This document shows, in pieces, positions 52,998-62,424 of a stretch of 64,000 nt of DNA. Location: NCBI GenBank assembly GCA_963674735.2, contig CAXXQS010000002.1, positions 704,001-768,000 of the forward strand, read 5' to 3'. Origin of the DNA: Myxococcota bacterium. GTDB lineage: Bacteria > Myxococcota_A > SURF-8. The position numbers and the translations under genes are program-made. Position 1 is the stretch's first letter, and each line of letters begins with the position of its first letter. The notes beneath the pieces are model-generated. The model was not told the origin of the DNA, did no database searches, and was given only the letters and a program-made list of their open reading frames with translations.

Positions 52998-55094
52998 TTG
53001 ACATCACCGCGCGCCTTCATTTCTCACCTCGATCGCTTTCAGGACACCGCCCGACGGTTGGGGGCGCGAGTGGTTCTTCCACGTCCGGACGGCAGCCTGC
53101 TGGCCGTATGGACACATGACGATCAACGTGCCGAGTTGATTTGGCAACCACGCGCAATTGCGGGGGAAATAACCGATGATCGTCTGGCAGGCGAGTTCGT
53201 CGTTCGGGGTTTGGACGATGAACACATCAAACAAGCTTTGGATGTCTTCGCCGACCTTCAAGCGATGCCCAATCCTTTTCCGCCGCCTATTTCCGACGAC
53301 CCGAAGCAGCCGATACAGCTCAACCGCTGGTTTGTTCACGCTCATTTAACCTCGCATCTGGAAGTAGGACGTAGCGTGTGGGGACCGTTCCGACTGGCCA
53401 AAGTAAGCGAAAACGGCCCTCAGATCATACGCTTGCATTTCGAGGGAACCCAACCTCCCCTGGTAGTCGAAATCGGAAGTCTGCAAGCCGTCGAGAACGA
53501 CCTTGCAACGAATGGGTGGCACCCCGCCCCACCGCTGGCGCTACGCGTCTGCTCGGTTCCCGATACCGCCTCGCTAAACTCACCTCTGGCGCTTAAGGTA
53601 TTGGATTATCTCCGCTTCGCCCTCGCACGCAGTTTCACACCCGATCAACCGCTACAAACGCTCGGAACGGACGATCTTCCACCGGAAACGTCCCAAACCA
53701 AGACAAGCAAGCAGCAAGCCGAATTCGATCCACGCGATGAAATCGACCCCGGTCGATTTTTTATCGGTTGGTTGCGCCCAGGTGCAACCGAGGGAATTAG
53801 CACGCTTTTCGACGATCCCGACTTGGCGATTATCCTTTATGGAGCCAATTCCTGCTGCATGAAACATCCAGTCATCGACATCGACGATCCGGGCGCAGCC
53901 GGTGCCGCCCGTTTCGATGCGCTGGCTTTGACCCTGCCGCAAAGACGGGTGGCGGTGAGCAACATGCACGAGTTGGACCTGATCCTCGGCGACGAAACCG
54001 CTTTTCGTCAGGCCCTGGAGGATGCAATCGCCAACTCGAAAGCTAGAGCCGTCGTTGTGATCGCAACTTGTGTCGTGGATATGATCGGATCGGACTTGCA
54101 CGGTATTGTGAAAATGGCTCAGGATCGCAGCGACAAGCCGGTTTTATTGTTCGAAACCCGGCCCCAGTTTGCCGAAGCCGATTATTTGGGCGATATCTGG
54201 TCAACCTTATTCGAGATTGCCGATCCTCGGGAAGTTCCGAAGAAGCGGCACATCAACGTGATCGGTCTAGCGGCCCCCGCAAGCCGTAGCGCCCGAACTC
54301 TGAGGCGGGAATTGGCCGAACTGGACCTGACGGTCAACCACTTTTTTTTCCCTTCCTTCCGATTGCAGGCGCTCAGCGAGTTTTACCGGGCGGAAACATC
54401 GATCATCGCCGACACGCTGGCCACGCGCCTCGAATTCGCCACGATCGCAACCCGACTCCCCGAAACCCATCGCCATGCTCTCGATCCGCCCTTCGGCCTA
54501 GCGGCCAGCCTGAAATTCTATCGCTACATCGCAGAGTTGTGCGGAATCGAGGAAACGAAATACAAAACCGCAGTGACGCGTATCTGGAAAGCACAAGCGA
54601 CGGAATGGGAACATCTCCAATCCCGCGCCAAATCTTTTCGCGTCCTGCTGGTAATATCGCCGGAGGATGCCGACTTCCTGCTGGACCCCGGTTCTCGTTA
54701 CGGGTTGGACCTTCCCGCCATCCTGCTTGAAATGGGCTTTTCTTTGCAGATTCTGTGTCTGCCGCAAGAGCGTCCTTCGGATGCGCTAGCCCTGCGCGAT
54801 CGCCTCGCGCAAACGATCTCAGTTCGTGTCCCAAACACGGCAAACCTGTGTTTCGACGTTCTGGCCGATGTTTCCACCTTGCCGGAATGGTTGGCCAAAT
54901 CCGACGCCTCCCTGTTATTCAGCGAATTTCCGGGAGATACCCGCGCCCTTCAAGCCGGGCTGTTGCCCTTGACGCCGCATCACTTCGAGCCGGGATTGGC
55001 CGGTGCACGCCGGACTTTGAGGCGGCTGGTGCGTCTGGCCGAAGCCTCCAAGCGGCTGCTAGGAAAAGATGTCAAAGGAGGAAAGCGCTCATGA
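52998..55094 (+). CDS. Nitrogenase component-1-like oxidoreductase, subunit A, with about 240-aa N-terminal extension
   Basis: ILYGANSCC, SNMHELDLILGDE.AFRQALEDA, VVVIATCVVDMIGSDL, INVIG, PPFGLAAS..F..IA, LLEMGF, FEPGLAGA. Confidence 0.75.
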   Translation: MTSPRAFISHLDRFQDTARRLGARVVLPRPDGSLLAVWTHDDQRAELIWQPRAIAGEITDDRLAGEFVVRGLDDEHIKQALDVFADLQAMPNPFPPPISDDPKQPIQLNRWFVHAHLTSHLEVGRSVWGPFRLAKVSENGPQIIRLHFEGTQPPLVVEIGSLQAVENDLATNGWHPAPPLALRVCSVPDTASLNSPLALKVLDYLRFALARSFTPDQPLQTLGTDDLPPETSQTKTSKQQAEFDPRDEIDPGRFFIGWLRPGATEGISTLFDDPDLAIILYGANSCCMKHPVIDIDDPGAAGAARFDALALTLPQRRVAVSNMHELDLILGDETAFRQALEDAIANSKARAVVVIATCVVDMIGSDLHGIVKMAQDRSDKPVLLFETRPQFAEADYLGDIWSTLFEIADPREVPKKRHINVIGLAAPASRSARTLRRELAELDLTVNHFFFPSFRLQALSEFYRAETSIIADTLATRLEFATIATRLPETHRHALDPPFGLAASLKFYRYIAELCGIEETKYKTAVTRIWKAQATEWEHLQSRAKSFRVLLVISPEDADFLLDPGSRYGLDLPAILLEMGFSLQILCLPQERPSDALALRDRLAQTISVRVPNTANLCFDVLADVSTLPEWLAKSDASLLFSEFPGDTRALQAGLLPLTPHHFEPGLAGARRTLRRLVRLAEASKRLLGKDVKGGKRS

Positions 55095-56380
55095 AAATCA
55101 CGCCTTACTTCCTATCCGGTATATATCTGACATTGGCGGCACGACCGGACGTCGTCGCCCTGATCGACGCCCCTCGTTGCGAACAAGACGTGGGCGGGCG
55201 GGGCGGTTTCTTGCAAGACCGCAGGGGAACGCTTTTTGGCGACGGTGCCTACGCACGCAATCGACGCGTCTATTCGCCCGGCCACTGGATGCACCCGGGG
55301 GCGAGTTCCTCTGCCGAAGACGACCTGCTGAAGACTCTCGACAGCATCGCCGAGCGACATCCGAACAACCCCATCCTGCTCGCACGCGGATACCTGTCGG
55401 CACTGGCCAACACCGATCTGGCCGGGTTGGCGAGCGAGTGGTCGGAACGGACAGGTCACCGAATCGCAACGGTGTCCCAGGGGTCGCTGGACGATGATTG
55501 GCGCGATGGCGCAGCTGCCGCGCAACTCGCACTCCTGAGCATCTACGAAAATGACGACGCCCCGCTCCGTCCCTTGATTACAGGTTGGGGACCCATGCGC
55601 ATGGAAGGCGACGAAATTGGCAACCTGATTGAATTGCAAAGGCTTTTCGCCTTGGCCACCGGGACGGATGCGGGTTTTCTGCTTGACGGTCAACTAAACG
55701 GCGCCTGGCATCGGCCCGACGCTCCGCATATCGTACTGGGTGAGACCGACCCGGAAAACGCGATTGATTCCCTGCAACTTCCCGCCCTACCTTACGGCTT
55801 GGGGGCAACGGACGCCTTCGTACGAAAGCTGGCGGAACATCGTCATGAATTCTCGAACGATCCAGCCACGTTCGATGTATCCGTCTGGGATCGTGAACGC
55901 CAAGAAACCCAAGAGCAACTCTTGCCGCTGGCTATCCGGCAACTGGCCGGACGCGGAGCGGCCGTGGTCGCGGATCCGGCCCGCGCACGGGGACTGACGC
56001 ATGCCTTGCGAGAACTGGGGCTGGAAGTCGCCCAGGTCTACCTGTTGCGAAGGATGGATGCCGTTTGTCCGGAAGCGGACGAACTCAGCGCCCTTGGAGT
56101 GCAGGTTCTGCGCGACTCGGATTATTACGATGCCCGCGCGACGCTTTTCGAGGCCGCCGAGGACGGTGCCATCGAGGTCATCGTGGGAGCGGGAATTTTT
56201 CTGGATGCGACCCGCGAAGCCGGGCTGGCTTACGTTGAAGAAGGATTTCCTTGTTATCTCGACCACTTCATCATGCCGACGCCCACAATGGGAACTTACG
56301 GACTGTTGTATCTCGCCGAACGGCTGGACCGAGCATTAGCCCAACGCGCCCACCGCAACCGGAATCAAACTCGCGGTTGA
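55091..56380 (+). CDS. Nitrogenase component-1-like oxidoreductase, subunit B
   Basis: ATGA overlap and GGAGG RBS; LIDAPRC, LPYGLGATDAFVRKLA, LAGRGAAVVADP..LRELGLEV, EEGFPCY.DH...PTMGTYG. Confidence 0.72.
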   Translation: MKITPYFLSGIYLTLAARPDVVALIDAPRCEQDVGGRGGFLQDRRGTLFGDGAYARNRRVYSPGHWMHPGASSSAEDDLLKTLDSIAERHPNNPILLARGYLSALANTDLAGLASEWSERTGHRIATVSQGSLDDDWRDGAAAAQLALLSIYENDDAPLRPLITGWGPMRMEGDEIGNLIELQRLFALATGTDAGFLLDGQLNGAWHRPDAPHIVLGETDPENAIDSLQLPALPYGLGATDAFVRKLAEHRHEFSNDPATFDVSVWDRERQETQEQLLPLAIRQLAGRGAAVVADPARARGLTHALRELGLEVAQVYLLRRMDAVCPEADELSALGVQVLRDSDYYDARATLFEAAEDGAIEVIVGAGIFLDATREAGLAYVEEGFPCYLDHFIMPTPTMGTYGLLYLAERLDRALAQRAHRNRNQTRG

Positions 56381-56384
56381 CTTT

Positions 56385-56951
56385 CTACATCCTTTTCCCG
56401 CTTTCGGCCTCATGTTCGCGAATCAACCGACCCGGCAAACGGAAAAGCAAAAGACCATAGCTCAGAATCACGAACAGCAGCAAACCGACCCACGGCCACA
56501 CCATCCAGGACGGCAAGCTGTCGAATTGACCCGTAGCCAGTCCGACGGTGGCATGCGCAATACCCGCAAACAATAAATTGCAGCATAGCGCCATCGAGAT
56601 CATCATTTCAGTAACCACGCGAAAATACGCATCCTGCTTAACAGCCGGTAACTTTAAAAAAAGCTCTTTGCGTGGCAGGTTGACCCATTCGGGATGACGG
56701 GCGACCATCCAGCGGACAAGCCATGTCAGGCCATAAAGGAGAAGACTCATCAGCCAGGGAAACAATACGAAAAGGGCAATCAACTCAAAGCCCTTATTCG
56801 TCCAGCGGTCGGGTTCATTATGGAAATCGAAATGAATCGGCACGCGCTCGGGTAGAACATCCCACACTCGCCAGGCAAACCAGGGCAGATAGACCAAAAG
56901 CAGTGCATTTCCGACATGATAGAGGTTGAGGCGTAAACGGACGGACAACAT
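56385..56951 (-). CDS. DUF1648-domain membrane protein
   Basis: LPERVPIHFDFHNEPDRWTNK, PEWVNLP, four TM helices. Confidence 0.85.
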   Translation of the reverse strand: MLSVRLRLNLYHVGNALLLVYLPWFAWRVWDVLPERVPIHFDFHNEPDRWTNKGFELIALFVLFPWLMSLLLYGLTWLVRWMVARHPEWVNLPRKELFLKLPAVKQDAYFRVVTEMMISMALCCNLLFAGIAHATVGLATGQFDSLPSWMVWPWVGLLLFVILSYGLLLFRLPGRLIREHEAESGKRM

Positions 56952-57184
56952 ACCGGTTTCCTTTCGTTTTCCTAACCACAACAATCGCTTTCACGATCAA
57001 ACACAAGCAGATAGTTCTTGCTTCGCAATGTACACGGCTGTGAAAGAAAAGGCAACCAAGGCCTTGTTTTTTCAGAAACTTTCCGCTTTATACGATGTCT
57101 TTCCGTCTTTTGGTCACCCGTGAAAACGAATCTGCCAGCAAAAGACCTTGTGATCGGAGGCCGTCGCGGCTACAATGCCGCCCC

Positions 57185-58117
57185 ATGACACAGACGAAAA
57201 CCATTCTAACTCTCAGTCGCTGCCCCAACCCCACACGCCTCGATCATGCGTTGAGCCTGGAATTGCCGGATATCAGCCGCCGCCAGATCGTCAAGCTGAT
57301 TCAGAAACGGAAAGTCTGGGTGAATGACCGCCGGGTGTGGATCGCGTCGTGGAAAGTGAAAAACGGCGACCGCGTGAGAATCGATCAGTTGCCCATCCCC
57401 ACACCCCAGACGCCAGCGGTACCGCAAGAGTGGATTATCGCGGAAAAACCGGAGCTACTGGTGGTGAATAAGCCGGCCGGGCTGGTCAGCCATGCCACCC
57501 GCCACACTCCCGAGCTCGATCTCACCTCGCAAGTTCGTCAACGCTACGGCGAAAACGCGGCTCTTTATCACCGGCTCGACCGCGACACCTCCGGGCTGGT
57601 TTTGTTTTCGCGCAGTTCCGAACTGAATGCGGCGTTGGATCAAGCTTTCAAAGCGGGGACGGTGAGAAAGCATTACCTGGCAATCGTCGAAGCCGAAGAC
57701 GCCGCCGACCTCGAAGCCAGCGGTGTTTTCGACGAACCCATCGACCGCCACCCCAAGCGGCGCGACCGCATGCACACCCATCCGGACGGCCGTAAATCCG
57801 AGACACGCTACCGTTTTCTGGCTGAAGCGGACGGCTTGGCCCTTTTGCAGCTTATGCCCATCACCGGACGCACGCACCAATTGCGTGTCCATCTGGCAGC
57901 TCACGGCGCGCCGATTTTGGGCGACAAGCTTTACGGCCGAAAGTCCACCCCGGCTCCACGACTGATGCTGCATGCCGCCAAACTCGAACTCCCCATGCTG
58001 GGCGTCTTCCCACCGCAGCTTTTCCGCGCCCCCTGCCCTCTCGACTTTCTGGAGGCACTTCCGACCGACCTGCAAAACGCGGCCCGTGCCGCCGACCCGC
58101 TGAACATCGACAAATAG
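57185..58117 (+). CDS. RluA/RluD-family pseudouridine synthase with S4 domain
   Basis: RLD..L...SR, VNKPAGLVSH, HRLDRDTSG, TGRTHQLRVH, PILGD.LY, LHA. Confidence 0.93.
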   Translation: MTQTKTILTLSRCPNPTRLDHALSLELPDISRRQIVKLIQKRKVWVNDRRVWIASWKVKNGDRVRIDQLPIPTPQTPAVPQEWIIAEKPELLVVNKPAGLVSHATRHTPELDLTSQVRQRYGENAALYHRLDRDTSGLVLFSRSSELNAALDQAFKAGTVRKHYLAIVEAEDAADLEASGVFDEPIDRHPKRRDRMHTHPDGRKSETRYRFLAEADGLALLQLMPITGRTHQLRVHLAAHGAPILGDKLYGRKSTPAPRLMLHAAKLELPMLGVFPPQLFRAPCPLDFLEALPTDLQNAARAADPLNIDK

Positions 58118-58170
58118 CCGGAGTCAAAACCCACTGCCGATACGCCTAATCGCGTGACGACTGGCTGCAT

Positions 58171-59043
58171 TCACGAAGACAGCTTTTTAATGACATAATC
58201 AACGTAAATCCCGGCGGCATCGAGACCACGCGATTCACGCAAGCCCCGAAATCCGCCAAAAGCCGACACCTCGAAGACCCGCGGTCCCTCGGGTGTCTCC
58301 GCCACATCCACCGAAGTGAAATCGAGACCGAAACAGTCCTGAGCCTGCCGGGCTAGTTCAATCACCTCCGGCGATGGATCGTGGGCTTCGTAGTGACCCC
58401 CCGAATGCGTGGTCGTATTCCAGGAATCATTGCTTTTAACCCGCGAATAGGTCGAAAGATAGGTTCCTCCAACAAAGACCACCCCCAGATCCTTTCCCGG
58501 CGTTTCCACCATTCGCTGGATATACATGACCGGGTGTGCCGCACGGTATTCGCGCACGCGTGACAATGCTTCCGGACCATCCTCGATGATGACCATCCCC
58601 CGCGCTTTGGAAGTAAACAACGGCTTGAAAACCGCACGTCCGAAACGGGCGACGGCGACCAGCGCTTCGTCGATCCCTTCGGTGATGACGGTTTCCGGCA
58701 TGGGCACGCCGCCTTTACGCAACTCCAGTGTTCCGGTCAGGCGGTTGATGGCGCGTCCGATACGAAGGGGTGAGGAAAAAATACGCACGCCCTGCCGTTC
58801 AAGGTCGGCCAACAGTTCCAATCGGTCGCACATATGATGCGAATAAATCGGGGCCACTTTCTTCACCATCAACGCATCGAACTCGAATAGATCGTGGCCT
58901 TTGATGCGATAGCGGCGGTCGTGCAAATCCACCGTAAGGTCTTTCATTTCGAGTAACAAACGAAAGCCCGTTCGCTCTTCCACGGCATCGGCCAATCGCT
59001 CAGAGGACCACTTTCCGGCAATCCCAATCACTCCGATTTTCAT
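58171..59043 (-). CDS. GAK-system ATP-grasp enzyme (RimK-like)
   Basis: KIGVIGIAGKWSSERLADAV..RTG, KPLFTSKARGM, WNTTTHSGG.Y, FTSVDVAET, FEVSAFGGFRGL. Confidence 0.85.
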   Translation of the reverse strand: MKIGVIGIAGKWSSERLADAVEERTGFRLLLEMKDLTVDLHDRRYRIKGHDLFEFDALMVKKVAPIYSHHMCDRLELLADLERQGVRIFSSPLRIGRAINRLTGTLELRKGGVPMPETVITEGIDEALVAVARFGRAVFKPLFTSKARGMVIIEDGPEALSRVREYRAAHPVMYIQRMVETPGKDLGVVFVGGTYLSTYSRVKSNDSWNTTTHSGGHYEAHDPSPEVIELARQAQDCFGLDFTSVDVAETPEGPRVFEVSAFGGFRGLRESRGLDAAGIYVDYVIKKLSS

Positions 59044-59075
59044 TGTTCTTTCCACCTGATTTCTCCCCGGTCCGC

Positions 59076-60284
59076 TCAAGACAGACGGCTTCGGTACTCC
59101 TCGATGACTCCTTGTTTACTAATCGTATGGCGAGCCAGACGTTTCCGAACGGCCAGATCGTCCCAGGCAGGCTGCACTCCGATTTCACGGGCCGCTTTAG
59201 CCGCATCCTGGCGCGCGCTGTCTTTGACCTTCTCCCCCATGTGACAGTCGTCACCCATGGTGACCAAGAGTGGACGCTGCCGACGCGTAGCGGTTCGATT
59301 GAGACGCTGGACCGCACTGATCAGAAATTCCGTGTAGGCACGCGATTGCGGGTTCCACACCTCAAAGCCATCGACATCGTAATCGGCCAGCAAAATCGGC
59401 CAAAACTGCTCCGGATGCGGCACGATGATTCCCGCCCCACAGCTGCGTGCTTCTTCGATTATTTCGTTGACCTCGTAAAAATGTCGAGGATTGAATGCCC
59501 GTTTCACTTCAACCTTGATCGCGCGCAGCAACAGTTGAGCGTGGTCGATAAAACGGTCGGCATAGACGTTGCGAAGGCCATCGAAAAATTCACGCACCAA
59601 TTTATTGCGCAACATTTCAGGCGCAGCGCGCGACTCATTCCGCTCGATGAGTTGGATCAGCTTCCTTGAATAGATTTGCACAAAGCGAACCAGAACCGGA
59701 TCCGCCGATGATTCTTTCACCGCCCGTTCAAGACGATCGGCAAAAGCCGAGTCAAGAATGGAGGCGAGAAATTCAAGAAGCTGATTCGACCGGTAGTTGA
59801 AGGTATGGTCAATCATGCCTTTCAGGATGTCGGCCTGCTGCAAACGCTCGGTCTTGAAATGCATGAGCAACTGAACCTTCAAGCGAAACGCCTTGGCATA
59901 ACAATCGACTTCAACACCGGAATAGCCCTGGCGGTCGAGAATGCGGTTGTGTTGAGTCGGCACGATAAACTGGCACTCGGCATGGGGAAAGGTGGCCGCG
60001 AGACGCTGTTCGATCAGGTTCATGGGTACGAACTCGGGATGCCAATGCAGCCCCATCACCACTTGCTCACCGGAAAGAACGCGATGAGGTTGGACAATCC
60101 GTTGTTCCTGCTCGGGGGTCAACGTGGTCGACGTCACGGTGTCGTAAATAGCCTGATCCTCTTCGGTGACCTCTTCAGAGATAAAGGCAAGTTCCGACAC
60201 GCTTTGCGGATACAAACCGTTGCGAGGATTCACCGTCACATGGATTTCCGGTCGACCGAAACTCGGGTCATCGTGCTTAGCCAT
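59076..60284 (-). CDS. Conserved protein with PHP-like C-terminal motifs (GAK-associated)
   Basis: LHWHPEFVP, IPTQHN-like motif, VPHPEQFWP, DGFEVWNP, MGDDCHMG; AGGAG RBS. Confidence 0.7.
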   Translation of the reverse strand: MAKHDDPSFGRPEIHVTVNPRNGLYPQSVSELAFISEEVTEEDQAIYDTVTSTTLTPEQEQRIVQPHRVLSGEQVVMGLHWHPEFVPMNLIEQRLAATFPHAECQFIVPTQHNRILDRQGYSGVEVDCYAKAFRLKVQLLMHFKTERLQQADILKGMIDHTFNYRSNQLLEFLASILDSAFADRLERAVKESSADPVLVRFVQIYSRKLIQLIERNESRAAPEMLRNKLVREFFDGLRNVYADRFIDHAQLLLRAIKVEVKRAFNPRHFYEVNEIIEEARSCGAGIIVPHPEQFWPILLADYDVDGFEVWNPQSRAYTEFLISAVQRLNRTATRRQRPLLVTMGDDCHMGEKVKDSARQDAAKAAREIGVQPAWDDLAVRKRLARHTISKQGVIEEYRSRLS

Positions 60285-60528
60285 GGCATCTCCTGGAACC
60301 CAGCCATACAGTCGATGGATACGGCGCAACTCCGGACCGCATACGCGAATCAAGATGGGGTTAACCGGGTTTCTGTTCTTCCAAATGATTAAACACTTGG
60401 AATGTTAGGCGGCTATTAATTCTTTCTTGGCCCCATCGTATCATGAATGAGGGAGGAATCGGAAGCGATGCATCTAAATGCTTATTTCAGCCTTATTTTC
60501 CGGGATAATCTCGCCGCAATGAATCGCT

Positions 60529-60876
60529 TCAATCTCGCCTGTTCGCCAAGATTTCTTCGATGGCACGTCCGTCTTCCTGCTCCTCCACCCCTTGTTTGAC
60601 GGCCTTGTAATGAGCCATCAATGTTTCGGCAAATTCGGACTGGGCCTGCTGCGTTTGCGAGCCCGTCACCATCGGACGTTGAAGCATGAGACGCAGATAG
60701 CTTTCGTAGGGTTTTTCGGAGGTATACATTTTAAGCGTGTAACGCGCCACGAACGATCCGCAAGCGGCGCACTCGACAAACACTTCCACATCCTCGCCGG
60801 GCATGATGCGCATGTAATTCTTGAGTTCGACGCCGTCGCAGTTCGGGCAATGCTCCAGTCGGGATGTGCCGCGCAT
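60529..60876 (-). CDS. Small zinc-ribbon protein
   Basis: CPNC ... CAAC; AAGGAGG RBS overlapping the upstream stop codon. Confidence 0.75.
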   Translation of the reverse strand: MRGTSRLEHCPNCDGVELKNYMRIMPGEDVEVFVECAACGSFVARYTLKMYTSEKPYESYLRLMLQRPMVTGSQTQQAQSEFAETLMAHYKAVKQGVEEQEDGRAIEEILANRRD

Positions 60877-60889
60877 GGTCAGTCCTCCT

Positions 60890-62263
60890 TTACGCACCGA
60901 ACACCACCACGCAATAATACACGTAGAACAGGGAGAGCACCACCCCGAAAAGCGTCATCAACAATCCGACTTTAAGCATGTCGGAGACCGCGATCATGTC
61001 GGAACCGTAAGCGATGGCGTTGGGCGGAGTCGAGACGGGCAGAGCCATGCCGTAGGAGGCCGACAAGGCCGCCACGGCAGCGAAGTAGATGGGATCGGCC
61101 CCGCTGAGCGAGAGCGCGATAGGGGCGACCAGATTGGCGCTGGCGGTGTGGCTCATGAAGGTAGCCAGCAAAGCCGTGAGGGTTCCCATGATCAAACCGG
61201 CCATCAGCGGAGACAGGGCATTGAGGTTCAGTAGTTCCACCACCGACCGGCTCAGTCCCGTTTCTTGAATGGCCGCGCCCAGCGCAATCCCTCCACCGAT
61301 CAACAGCAGAATCTCCCAAGGCAGCTCCCTCAGATCACGGCGATTGGACAAACCCGCCACGGAAAAAACCAACACCGGCAACATGGCCACGACCGCCGAG
61401 GGAATCCCATGCCAGAAATCGGTGAGCCACAGAAGCACCGTCAAAGCAAAGGTGGTGTAAACGATTCCATGGCGGCTGGCCGCCCCCTCCTGCGCAGTGG
61501 AAATCCGCAAGTCACCCGCTTCTTTTCCGGGTGGAAAGAACAGCAACAGCGCCGCCCAGCACAAAATCAGCAAGACCAACATGGGCGGCACGCCATACAG
61601 CACCCACTGCACAAACGAGACGTTGATTCCACGATCGGCCAAAAGGCCGATGGCAATGGCATTGGGAGGCGTGCCGATGGGCGTCCCCACCCCGCCGATA
61701 TTGGCGCTGAACGGAATGCCCAGCATGAGCGCGCGTGCAAAAGGCGACCCTTTGGGAAGCTTGCGTACCACCGGCAACATGGCCGCCACCATGATGGCGG
61801 TGGTCGCCGTGTTGGACATCCACATCGACAAGAAGGCCGTCAGTCCCATAATACCCGCCAGCACCACCGATGGACGCGACCCGAGACGGGTGAGCACGGA
61901 ATTGGCGAAACTGACATCCAGATTGTATTTGGCAAAGATGCGTGCAAGAAAAAAGCCGCCGAACATCAGAATCACCACCGGACTAGCAAACGGCGACATA
62001 AACAAGCTGTAACGGTACGGTTCGAAGCCGAACAGATGGGCCAGCGGATCGAGCAGAAGCTGAATGGCTACCGCACCCATCAGGGCGGTGACGTAAAGCG
62101 GAATGATTTCGGTGATCCAGAAGAAAACAACCGTCGTGAAGACAGCGGCGACCAGACGAGCCGGGGTCGGCAACGCCCCACTGATGGCGAAAACCGCCAG
62201 CGCCAGAATCAGCCCGACTACGGAAAAAAGGACGTTGTGCGTCACCGATTTCGGTTTGCGCAT
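60890..62263 (-). CDS. SLC13/DASS-family anion permease
   Basis: WITEIIPL, SMWMSNTAT, ANIGGVGTPIGTPPNAIA, FMSHTA, LPVSTPPNAIAY. Confidence 0.92.
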   Translation of the reverse strand: MRKPKSVTHNVLFSVVGLILALAVFAISGALPTPARLVAAVFTTVVFFWITEIIPLYVTALMGAVAIQLLLDPLAHLFGFEPYRYSLFMSPFASPVVILMFGGFFLARIFAKYNLDVSFANSVLTRLGSRPSVVLAGIMGLTAFLSMWMSNTATTAIMVAAMLPVVRKLPKGSPFARALMLGIPFSANIGGVGTPIGTPPNAIAIGLLADRGINVSFVQWVLYGVPPMLVLLILCWAALLLFFPPGKEAGDLRISTAQEGAASRHGIVYTTFALTVLLWLTDFWHGIPSAVVAMLPVLVFSVAGLSNRRDLRELPWEILLLIGGGIALGAAIQETGLSRSVVELLNLNALSPLMAGLIMGTLTALLATFMSHTASANLVAPIALSLSGADPIYFAAVAALSASYGMALPVSTPPNAIAYGSDMIAVSDMLKVGLLMTLFGVVLSLFYVYYCVVVFGA

Positions 62264-62424
62264 TCCCTGTACTCCCAGCCTACACGTCCATACCACCTCC
62301 CGGGTTTCCCCTTCCAGCTCGCGGGGGCGAGTTTACCACCGCCGAATGGAAAAGCAACGAAAAGCGCCGGAGAAATGGGCTTAGGCAACCCCCACTTTGC
62401 GATCTACCATGAAAACAGGTTCGG

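Noticed and set aside
54755-55090. N-terminal extension of the 541-aa ORF
   Set aside because: It overlaps the upstream gene in another frame; ATG 55091 has a GGAGG RBS and an ATGA overlap
52998-56380. Calling the pair nifD/nifK or nifE/nifN (nitrogen fixation)
   Set aside because: FeMo-co and most P-cluster ligands are absent and no other nif genes are nearby
62281-62300. Mini-ORF ATG-GAC-GTG-TAG after GGAGGT upstream of the DASS gene
   Set aside because: SD-to-ATG spacing is only 3 nt; likely chance
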